Positions 1-7,521 of a DNA stretch of 44,889 bases are shown one piece after another; the first letter of the stretch is position 1; every line of letters starts with the position of its first letter. Position numbers and translations under genes: made by a program. Origin of the DNA: a virus (lineage: Duplodnaviria; Caudoviricetes); the IMG/VR virus record IMGVR_UViG_3300043436_000184, positions 1-44,889 of that record; one strand, 5' to 3'. The notes beneath the pieces are model-generated. The model had not been told where the DNA came from. It searched no databases and saw nothing but the letters and a program-made list of their open reading frames with translations.

Positions 1-2
1 CG

Positions 3-545
3 GTACACAAAGCGGCAGAGGAATACATGCGGGATGGTACGCCCATCCCAGCTAAGTACAGCTACTTGCAAAAACAACTCGATCCGCTGATGAAGATTCA
101 GGGCACCCGGTATTGCGAGTATGAGATGGGGCTGACCAAGAGTCTGCAAGCCTGTAAGTTCAAAGCAGATGATGCGTGGTGGCGAGGGATTGCTGACCTG
201 ATTATTATTGACGAGGAGAAAGCCTTTCTGGTTGACTATAAAACCAGCAAGTCCAGCAAGTACGCAGACACCGCGCAGTTAGAGTTGCTGTCGTTGGCAA
301 TCTTCAAGCACTTTCCACAAGTCAAGAAGGTCAAAGCGGGATTACTTTTTGTGGTGGTTGAAGACTTTGTGAAGGTAGAATATACGAACGATGAAGGCAA
401 AGGTATGGCGTGGCTCAAGTGGTTAGAAGTCACCCACACATTGGAAACCTGCATGGCAAACGGGGTATGGAATGCAAAGCCAAACTTCACATGCAAAAAC
501 TTTTGCCCAGTGGTGGACTGTATCCATAATGGAAGGCAGCATTGA
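3..545 (+). CDS. PD-(D/E)xK (Cas4/RecB-like) exonuclease, 5'-truncated by the window edge
   Basis: Frame is open from nt 3 (VHKAAEEYM...). It has RGIADL...LVDYKT and Q-L-x-L motifs and a C-terminal Cys cluster (CKNFCPVVDC). Confidence 0.85.
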   Translation, partial: VHKAAEEYMRDGTPIPAKYSYLQKQLDPLMKIQGTRYCEYEMGLTKSLQACKFKADDAWWRGIADLIIIDEEKAFLVDYKTSKSSKYADTAQLELLSLAIFKHFPQVKKVKAGLLFVVVEDFVKVEYTNDEGKGMAWLKWLEVTHTLETCMANGVWNAKPNFTCKNFCPVVDCIHNGRQH

Positions 546-546
546 G

Positions 547-858
547 ATGGCTTATACTAAATCCCCGCGCCCGTACAAGCACGAGTACGAGATGCAAAAG
601 AAACGTAACGAGCACCCTGATAGGATGGAGCGCCAACGCGCCCGCCGTGCGGTAGATAAAACAGGTGCAGATAAGAACGGTAACGGCAAGGCTGATAAGC
701 GTGAAGGCAAAGACATTGCACACGTAAAGGCGTTGTCCAAAGGCGGTACAAATAAAGACGGCACTCGCATCCAGAGTGTGGCAAAGAATAGATCTTTCAA
801 ACGCAGTTCATCCGGTGCCTTGGTATCGGAAACAAGTAAGCGCGAGAGAAAAAAGTAA
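547..858 (+). CDS. Small basic HNH-like endonuclease-fold protein
   Basis: ATG at 547 directly follows the upstream stop. DIAHVKALSKGG...SVAKNRS resembles the HNH beta-beta-alpha motif without Zn-binding Cys. Confidence 0.6.
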   Translation: MAYTKSPRPYKHEYEMQKKRNEHPDRMERQRARRAVDKTGADKNGNGKADKREGKDIAHVKALSKGGTNKDGTRIQSVAKNRSFKRSSSGALVSETSKRERKK

Positions 859-873
859 AAGTTACGGGCAAAA

Positions 874-1154
874 GCGGATGGTGCTGGCAGGGGACTTTGG
901 TCAGTTCACCCCACACTGAAGCGAGTAGCCCACCAAAACGCATGACCATTGCTGGACGTGAAAACGTAAAGCGGACTAACCCAGAAGCGGAAAGCCCTGA
1001 GTTCTAGACACCTCAGTGGTAGCAAGACGGAGAAATAGCAGTGGTCAGCCGTGTTGGTGTCAGTGAATAGCTGGCAGTGGCATATTGCACACGGGTAATA
1101 GGGAATAGCTGTCACCAACAACCCTTTGGTTGGAATGAAAACTTCATTCCAGCC
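874..1154 (+). ncRNA. Putative multi-domain structured RNA (leader of the helicase gene or standalone ncRNA)
   Basis: Four consecutive closed helices: 879-888/928-935, 943-953/1037-1047, 1052-1063/1109-1120 and 1128-1139/1143-1154. Includes an internal ACGT-GAAA-ACGT GNRA hairpin and G-U pairs that favour the + strand. Confidence 0.6.
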
Positions 1155-1175
1155 TGTTATCCCTTGGAGAATCAC

Positions 1176-2732
1176 TTGCAAATAATAGAAGACAAAGCGC
1201 TCTTGCTAAAAGTACGGGAGCCGCAACGCATCACCGAGATAATCCCGAAGAGCAAAATGCTGGAGACCGGCGAGGTGCTGGTGAAGTGGGGGCTGGAAGA
1301 AGCACAGGTGCTGAAGAACCTGCGTATCAAGAACGTGCCGTCCCCCATCATGTCGCACTACAAGTGGCCGGGTCTATACCGTCCGTTCGATCACCAGAAA
1401 GAAACCGCATCATTCCTGACGTTGCACCGCCGTGCGTTCTGCTTCAACGAGCAAGGCACCGGGAAGACAGGCAGCGTCATCTGGGCGGCGGACTATCTCA
1501 TGTCGCTGGGTATTATCAAACGTGTGCTGATCCTGTGCCCCCTCTCCATCATGCAGTCCGCATGGCAGGACGATCTGTTTCGATTTGCGATGCACCGCAC
1601 AACGGCGCTTGCCCACAGCCACTCTCGGGATAAGCGGGTCAAAGCCGTACAGTCAGATGCTGAGTTTGTTATCTGTAACTTTGATGGGCTGGACATCATC
1701 AAGGATGCCGTTATCGATGAAGAGTTTGATCTCATCGTGGTGGACGAAGCCAACGCCTATAAAACCGTTTCCACAAAACGCTGGAAAGTTCTCAACTCGG
1801 TGGTTAAACCAAGCACATGGGTATGGATGTTGACAGGTACGCCCGCATCACAATCCCCCACAGACGCTTATGGTCTGGCAAAGGTTATCAATCCTACCGG
1901 GGTGCCGAAGTTCTTTGGGTCGTTCCGGGATATGGTGATGCAGAAGGTCACCCAGTTTAAATATGTCCCACGCCCTCAGTCAGAATCTATCGTGCACAAC
2001 GTCCTGCAACCTGCGATCCGGTTCACCAAAGAAGAGTGCCTTGACCTGCCTGAGATTACCTACACCACACGAGACATCCCACTTACGCCGCAGCAGTTGA
2101 AGTATTACGAGCACCTACGTAAGCACATGGTAGCGGTTGCAGCGGGAGAAGAGATCACGACGGTCAACGCAGCAGCAAGCCTCAACAAGTTGCTACAACT
2201 GTCTTGTGGTGCGGTGTACTCAGATACTGGAGAGACTGTTGCCTTCGATGCATCTAACCGCATGGCAGCACTGAAAGAAGTTATTGACGAGGCAAGTCAC
2301 AAGGTCATTGTGTTCGTGCCCTACAAACATAGCATCCAGATAATTAGCGAAGAGTTAAAGAAGTCTGGCTACACAGCAGACATCATCAGTGGTGAGGTGT
2401 CGGTAAATAAACGTACAGAAATCTTTAGCAAGTTTCAGACTGAGCCTGACCCCAAGGTATTAATTATTCAGCCGCAAGCAGCCTCACATGGTGTAACCTT
2501 AACTGCTGCGAACGTTGTGGTCTATTGGTCTCCTGTGATGTCCGTGGAGACTTACCTCCAGTGTAACGCCCGTCCGCACCGCGCAGGCCAACGCAATCCC
2601 GTCACTGTAATCCATCTACAAGGCTCACCTGTAGAGAAACGTATGTACGCCATGTTGGAGGCGAAGATTGATATTCATTCTAGAATGATCGATCTTTATA
2701 AAAATTTGCTGGAACCTGAAGAAAGTCCTTGA
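1176..2732 (+). CDS. SNF2-family (superfamily 2) helicase/ATPase
   Basis: Motifs NEQGTGKT, VVDEA, LTGTP, AASHGVTLTAA and QCNARPHRAGQ. Start reassigned to TTG 1176 behind GGAGA (1166-1170). Confidence 0.92.
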   Translation: MQIIEDKALLLKVREPQRITEIIPKSKMLETGEVLVKWGLEEAQVLKNLRIKNVPSPIMSHYKWPGLYRPFDHQKETASFLTLHRRAFCFNEQGTGKTGSVIWAADYLMSLGIIKRVLILCPLSIMQSAWQDDLFRFAMHRTTALAHSHSRDKRVKAVQSDAEFVICNFDGLDIIKDAVIDEEFDLIVVDEANAYKTVSTKRWKVLNSVVKPSTWVWMLTGTPASQSPTDAYGLAKVINPTGVPKFFGSFRDMVMQKVTQFKYVPRPQSESIVHNVLQPAIRFTKEECLDLPEITYTTRDIPLTPQQLKYYEHLRKHMVAVAAGEEITTVNAAASLNKLLQLSCGAVYSDTGETVAFDASNRMAALKEVIDEASHKVIVFVPYKHSIQIISEELKKSGYTADIISGEVSVNKRTEIFSKFQTEPDPKVLIIQPQAASHGVTLTAANVVVYWSPVMSVETYLQCNARPHRAGQRNPVTVIHLQGSPVEKRMYAMLEAKIDIHSRMIDLYKNLLEPEESP

Positions 2733-2757
2733 CAGTGTCAAATGATAGTTCTATTCT
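2729..2757 (+). promoter_or_regulatory. Sigma70-type promoter with a palindromic operator over the -35 element
   Basis: TTGACA(2729-2734)-17 nt-TATTCT(2752-2757). TTGACA-G-TGTCAA (2729-2741) is a perfect inverted repeat. Confidence 0.8.
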
Positions 2758-2785
2758 GTAGCTGTAGTAACCCTTGGAGAAAAAC

Positions 2786-3199
2786 ATGAGTGAAGTAATT
2801 GATGAACCAAAGACCATACCGACTGATAGATTGGTAAAGGCGTACGTCAAGATACGCGATGCCCGCAAAGAACTAGCAGACGAGTATGAAAAGCAAGACG
2901 GCGAACTCAAAGAATCGCTGGAAACAATTGAAGCGCAATTGCTGGAAGCCTGTAAGACAATCGGTGCCGACAGCATACGCACACCTTACGGCACAATAAG
3001 CCGCACTGTGAAGAAGCGTTACTGGACGAATGATTGGCATTCGTTCTATGCATTCTTGAAGGAGCATGAAGCATTGGAACTGTTGGAGAAGCGTGTAGCA
3101 CAAACCAACATGTCCACGTTCCTTGAAGAAAACCCTGACCTGCATCCGCCGGGTCTCAATGTTGACAGCCGTTACTCGGTTGTTGTTCGTCGTAAATAA
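2786..3199 (+). CDS. Phage replication-module protein with N-terminal coiled coil (loosely Gam/Gp157-like)
   Basis: GGAGA RBS and ATG at 2786. Coiled coil followed by SIRTPYGT...PPGLNV. Function is inferred from context only. Confidence 0.6.
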   Translation: MSEVIDEPKTIPTDRLVKAYVKIRDARKELADEYEKQDGELKESLETIEAQLLEACKTIGADSIRTPYGTISRTVKKRYWTNDWHSFYAFLKEHEALELLEKRVAQTNMSTFLEENPDLHPPGLNVDSRYSVVVRRK

Positions 3200-3210
3200 G
3201 GAGAGTACAA

Positions 3211-4104
3211 ATGAGCGAACTTACCCTGCTCAACAAAGGTCTGCCCGCGCACCTTAAAGCCGTGGAACTCGATGACACAACCAAAGCCCTGATGGGTGGC
3301 GGCGGTGGTGATAACAAACGTATCTCCATCGAAGGTGGCGTCTGGCGCATGATGGTCAACGGTAAAGAAGTTGCCCAGAATGAAGAACGTGCAATGAATG
3401 TAGTCATCGTTGCCGCAGCCCCCAAGGTATCGCGTATCTATTACGCAGGCACCTACAAGAAAGGCGTTGTAACCCCACCCGATTGCTGGTCGGCAGATGG
3501 TGATCTTCCAGATGCTAAAGCAAAGAACCCACAGTCTAAGAAGTGCGCAGACTGCCCACAGAACATCAAGGGTTCGGGTCAGAACGAGAGTCGTGCTTGC
3601 CGCTTCCAACAGCGTCTGGCTGTAGTCTTGGAGAACGATGTTGACGGTGACGTGTATCAGTTGACGCTGCCTGCCACTTCAATCTTTGGTGCTGGCGAAA
3701 ACAATAAGTGGCCTTTGCAGACCTACGCAAAGATGATTGCAAGCAAGGGCATTCCTATTACATCCGTAGTCACCGAGATGCGTTTTGATACGAATAGTTC
3801 CACACCAAAGCTGACCTTCAAGCCAGCACGGTTCTTGGAAACTGAGGAGTTCAATACTGCACTCGATCAGGGTAAGTCCCCTGACGCTACCAAAGCGATC
3901 ACCATGACAGTTGCGCAGGTTGATGGTGTGAAGGATGACGGCGAAGAGTTTGAAACTGCTGCTCCCGCAGCAAAGAAAGCAGCACCCGTTGCTGAACCGG
4001 AAGAAGCTGCCCCAGAACCGGTGAAGCGTTCCAGCAAAAAGGAAGAAGCACCCGCCCCCAAAAAGGACGTGAGCAAAATCCTTGAAGAGTGGGACGATGA
4101 GTAA
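3211..4104 (+). CDS. Putative ssDNA-binding/annealing protein
   Basis: TAAGGAG RBS, Cys motif (C..CADCP..C), Ala/Pro/Lys linker and acidic aromatic C-terminus (EEWDDE). Lies between helicase and primase. Confidence 0.6.
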   Translation: MSELTLLNKGLPAHLKAVELDDTTKALMGGGGGDNKRISIEGGVWRMMVNGKEVAQNEERAMNVVIVAAAPKVSRIYYAGTYKKGVVTPPDCWSADGDLPDAKAKNPQSKKCADCPQNIKGSGQNESRACRFQQRLAVVLENDVDGDVYQLTLPATSIFGAGENNKWPLQTYAKMIASKGIPITSVVTEMRFDTNSSTPKLTFKPARFLETEEFNTALDQGKSPDATKAITMTVAQVDGVKDDGEEFETAAPAAKKAAPVAEPEEAAPEPVKRSSKKEEAPAPKKDVSKILEEWDDE

Positions 4105-4336
4105 CGGATACTCATCCAAATTCGCGAGGATAGTCAATTCAGCGGACACCGGTAAGTTAGGTGTCCAGCTTGGCAACCTGTGTATTGATCGTGACATTCC
4201 GGCTGTAGATGTAGCAGAGCATTTCGGGGTAACTCGAGCCACTATCTACAATTGGTTTAAGGGAGAGACCAACGTCCCTCCTTCACATCAAGAAGCAGTT
4301 GCCAAGGTAGTGAAACAACTACTGAGTAAGACTTAG
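4097..4336 (+). CDS. Cro/XRE-like helix-turn-helix regulator
   Basis: AVDVAEHFGVTRATIYNWFKG HTH motif. ATG at 4097 overlaps the end of the upstream gene. Confidence 0.85.
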   Translation: MSNGYSSKFARIVNSADTGKLGVQLGNLCIDRDIPAVDVAEHFGVTRATIYNWFKGETNVPPSHQEAVAKVVKQLLSKT

Positions 4337-4345
4337 CGTAAAGGT

Positions 4346-4435
4346 TAAGGAGGCTAGGGAGCGCACCCGAAAAGGGTAGTTCGCCGTCACTATCCCTGCC
4401 TACCTTATTTTTAAAAGACGGCTGATGGGGCGGCT
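4346..4435 (+). promoter_or_regulatory. Structured leader/attenuator-like element upstream of the primase-helicase
   Basis: Stem 4346-4360/4393-4407 followed by T5, internal hairpin ACCC-GAAAA-GGGT, and GCCGTC (4383-4388) complementary to GACGGC (4417-4422). Confidence 0.55.
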
Positions 4436-7273
4436 ATGCTGACGAGGACAGACTTTCTGTCTTTGGTTCTTCCACCGACAGGTACTTACTGCGTGGTTGG
4501 GCTGAAGAAAGATACAAAACCAAAACAAATATTTGTCACCTCGGTTGAGGAGATTAATAACTATGCAGACGCGTTACTACACAAAGGCTACGATGCTTAC
4601 TTTGCATTGGCTTCTTTTGGTGATGACTCGGGGCGCACGAACGCTAATGCGTCACACCTAAACTCATTCTTCCTTGACCTCGATTGTGGGTTGGGGAAAC
4701 CATACGCAGATCAATCCGAAGGGGTTGCTGCACTTAAAGTATTCGTAAAGAAGGTAGGGCTACCCAAGCCAACCGCTATCGTTAATTCTGGACGAGGCGT
4801 TCACGCGTACTGGGTAGTTGAGCAGCCGGTGCCAAAGGATGAATGGCGTGGGTTGGCAGAAGGCTTCAAGGCGCTATGCAGCGCACACGGTCTCCATGCT
4901 GATCCGGCAGTCACCGCTGACACTGCGCGTATCCTGCGTATACCAGACACACTGAACTTCAAGAACCCGGACGATCCGCAGACAGTCAAGCTAATGATGG
5001 CAGGTGCCCGTGTGGGTATTGAGGCACTGCGTGAGAAGTTTGTAATTAATGAACTGCACATCCCCGGTGAGCGTCCGTTCCAGCGCACCATTGATCCGAC
5101 TACGCTGGCTCTGCTGGGCAACTATCAGTCGCGGTTTAAAACCATAATGATCAAGTCTGTGCAGGACGAGGGCTGTGCGCAGATCAAACACATTTACCAG
5201 AACCAAGATTCCGTAGAAGAGCCGCTGTGGCGGGCAGGCTTATCTATTGCACAGCACTGCGTAGACGGAGAGAAAGGCATCCATGTCCTATCCAACAAGC
5301 ACCCGGAATACAACGCTAACACGACAATTAAGAAGGCTGCGCAGACTAAGGGTCCGTACACTTGCGAAACGTTTAAGAAGCTCTCTCCGGCCCTTTGCGC
5401 CGATTGCACACAGCGCGTCACCTCACCAATTCAGATTGGGCGCGAGATCATTGAGCCTACTGAAGATGAGAAGGTCATTGAGTCGATTGAGCCGGTTACG
5501 AAAGAGATCCGCACATACACGATACCCAAGTTTCCGTTTCCGTTCTTTAGAGGAAATGTTGGCGGTATCTATCGCAAAGGCGATCCAGACATCAAAGATG
5601 ATAAAGATGAACTCATCTTCCCATACGACTTCTATGTAGTGAAACGTCTGTACGATCCAGAAGACGGCGAGTGCATCATGCTGCGCTTGCATCTACCCAA
5701 AGACGGTGTGCGGGATTTCATCATGCCGCTGCGAGATGTGCTGTCCAAAGATAAATTTATCGGCACGATTGCCGAACAGGGCATAACGGCTCTTGGTAAG
5801 AAGCAGGAGAAATTAATGATGTACACGACACGCTGGGTAGAAGAACTACAGGCTATGGGTAAGGCCGAGATTGCCCGCAAGCAATTTGGCTGGCTGTCAG
5901 ACGACAGCGGTTTCATCATTGGAGACCGGGAAATCCGTCCTGAGACAATTGAGTACAGCCCACCATCCGCAGCGACACTGCCGTTGGTGCCAGCGTTTGG
6001 GGTCAAGGGTGACTTCCATGAATGGAAAGATGTGATCAACCACTATCGGCATCCGGGCATGGAGCTTCGGGCGTTCGCCCTGTTCATGGGTTTTGGTGGG
6101 CCACTGATGAAGTTCGTTGCAGGCGGTGCACTGAATGGGTTCCTGCTTAATCTGGTCAGCCGTGAGGGTGGCACCGGTAAGTCTACGTTGCTCTCCGCTA
6201 TTAACAGCATCTACGGTAACCCCGATGCGCTGATGATGTCCTACAAGGATACGCACAACTTTAGGCTGCAACGCTTCGGCATCCTGCAAAACATCACGGC
6301 AACCATCGATGAGTTGACCAACATGAAGCCGGAGTTGATGTCCGATCTGGTGTACGACATTACGTCAGGTAAAGGCAAGGGCAGGATGTCTGCCAAGGCA
6401 AACGTAGAGCGCGTCAACACCACGACATGGAAACTCCCAGCAGTCTCTACCAGCAACAAGTTTATCCGTGACGCGCTTCTGTCCATCAAGTCGTTCCCCG
6501 AGCCGGAACTGCTGCGCATACTGGAGGGCAACCTTGGCACCGATACCTCGATGGACGCAATCCAAGCCAAGCGGCACTTCGGTAGATTGAACAGCAACTA
6601 CGGCCACGCCGCTACTGTATTTATGCAGCACGTGATGACCAACCTGCCAGCGACAGTAGACTTTATTAACCGGGTCAACGAGAAGGTAGACCGTGCTGCG
6701 GGTATCACAAGTAACGAGCGGTTCTGGTCGGCTGGGCTGGCTATGGACTTGGCAGGTGGCATCATTGCAGGACGGCTGGGACTGCACGACATCCCAATCA
6801 AGCCTGTGTTCGACATGGCGGTGCAGTTAGTGAAAGACACCCGGAAGTCCAACAAGGAGTCTATGTTTGATAGCGAGGACTTCCTCGGTGCCTTCTTGCA
6901 GCGCCACTTCCATGAGATTCTGGTGATCAACGGCACCAACGACAAGCGCACAGGGATTGAGAACTCACCCATCCGGGAGCCACGTGGACCACTGACCGTA
7001 CGCTATGAGCCAGATACCAAACTGCTGTTCGTGTCAGTGCGCCCCTACCGTGAGGAATGCAGCAAGTACTCCATGAGTTTTGACGGGTCGCTGGAGCCAT
7101 ACATCAAGGCAGGTGCTTACCAAGGCCAGAAGAAAAAACGCATGTTCGCAGGCACCGTTGCCAGCACCGCGCAAAATGTTTACGCGCTGGTGTTTGATGC
7201 ATCCAAGCTGGGCTTTTTTGACGAAGAGATACTACTGAATGCTCCGCCTCCTGAACCTCTCGGTCTGGATTGA
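4436..7273 (+). CDS. Primase-helicase: N-terminal AEP/RepB-like primase, C-terminal DUF927-type P-loop helicase
   Basis: FFLDLD and SGRGVHAYW primase motifs, Cys-rich GPYTC..C..C segment, Walker A EGGTGKST and Walker B TIDELT. Confidence 0.88.
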   Translation: MLTRTDFLSLVLPPTGTYCVVGLKKDTKPKQIFVTSVEEINNYADALLHKGYDAYFALASFGDDSGRTNANASHLNSFFLDLDCGLGKPYADQSEGVAALKVFVKKVGLPKPTAIVNSGRGVHAYWVVEQPVPKDEWRGLAEGFKALCSAHGLHADPAVTADTARILRIPDTLNFKNPDDPQTVKLMMAGARVGIEALREKFVINELHIPGERPFQRTIDPTTLALLGNYQSRFKTIMIKSVQDEGCAQIKHIYQNQDSVEEPLWRAGLSIAQHCVDGEKGIHVLSNKHPEYNANTTIKKAAQTKGPYTCETFKKLSPALCADCTQRVTSPIQIGREIIEPTEDEKVIESIEPVTKEIRTYTIPKFPFPFFRGNVGGIYRKGDPDIKDDKDELIFPYDFYVVKRLYDPEDGECIMLRLHLPKDGVRDFIMPLRDVLSKDKFIGTIAEQGITALGKKQEKLMMYTTRWVEELQAMGKAEIARKQFGWLSDDSGFIIGDREIRPETIEYSPPSAATLPLVPAFGVKGDFHEWKDVINHYRHPGMELRAFALFMGFGGPLMKFVAGGALNGFLLNLVSREGGTGKSTLLSAINSIYGNPDALMMSYKDTHNFRLQRFGILQNITATIDELTNMKPELMSDLVYDITSGKGKGRMSAKANVERVNTTTWKLPAVSTSNKFIRDALLSIKSFPEPELLRILEGNLGTDTSMDAIQAKRHFGRLNSNYGHAATVFMQHVMTNLPATVDFINRVNEKVDRAAGITSNERFWSAGLAMDLAGGIIAGRLGLHDIPIKPVFDMAVQLVKDTRKSNKESMFDSEDFLGAFLQRHFHEILVINGTNDKRTGIENSPIREPRGPLTVRYEPDTKLLFVSVRPYREECSKYSMSFDGSLEPYIKAGAYQGQKKKRMFAGTVASTAQNVYALVFDASKLGFFDEEILLNAPPPEPLGLD

Positions 7274-7439
7274 TTGGGGGAACTTTAAACCTGAGACATC
7301 GTTCTTCATCCCATGTCTGAACCGGGCAGAGGCGGAGGACTTTGTACGCAAGGAAGCCGAACGGCTACGGATGAAGATTGTCTGTAAACACGTTGTAGAG
7401 AAAGGACGCTACGGGTTGCGTGTCTGGCGTATTGCGTGA
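7239..7439 (+). CDS. Small hypothetical phage protein
   Basis: 66-aa ORF overlapping the primase end; last gene of the + arm. Confidence 0.6.
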   Translation: MLRLLNLSVWIDWGNFKPETSFFIPCLNRAEAEDFVRKEAERLRMKIVCKHVVEKGRYGLRVWRIA

Positions 7440-7445
7440 TAAGCT
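7416..7445 (+). promoter_or_regulatory. Sigma70-type promoter with extended -10 for a small RNA
   Basis: TTGCGT(7416-7421)-18 nt-TAAGCT(7440-7445), preceded by TG at 7437-7438. Confidence 0.6.
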
Positions 7446-7450
7446 ACGCA

Positions 7451-7521
7451 CACTCATATCTTTCTCCAAGGGAAGTTGAGAGTTCGCCCCCCGCTGGCAT
7501 CCGTGCTGCGGGGGGTTTTTT
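7451..7521 (+). ncRNA. Putative trans-acting antisense sRNA against the RBSs of early genes
   Basis: Lies between a promoter and a terminator. 7451-7472 is complementary to 2771-2792 (20/22) and 7462-7473 to 1160-1171 (12/12). Confidence 0.7.
7486..7521 (+). terminator. Rho-independent terminator at the convergence of the two arms
   Basis: CCCCCCGC...GCGGGGGG stem followed by T6. Confidence 0.85.

Noticed and set aside
3-545. Cas4-like nuclease as evidence of CRISPR-Cas
   Set aside because: No repeat-spacer array or other cas genes were seen; standalone nucleases of this type are common in phage replication modules.
874-1154. Hammerhead, twister, pistol or HDV ribozyme, tRNA, or c-di-GMP riboswitch
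   Set aside because: The required conserved cores (e.g. CUGAUGA...GAAA, T-loop GTTCRA cloverleaf) could not be matched by eye.
1077-1175. N-terminal extension of the helicase given by the ORF track
   Set aside because: There is no RBS at 1077, the segment is occupied by RNA stems, and a good RBS precedes TTG 1176.
7365-7457. 30-aa minus-strand ORF (MSVRSLSRNTPDTQPVASFLYNVFTDNLHP) with a GGAGA RBS
   Set aside because: It is the mirror image of the antisense seed and overlaps a + strand gene. The promoter and U-tailed terminator point in the + direction. Disfavoured but not excluded.
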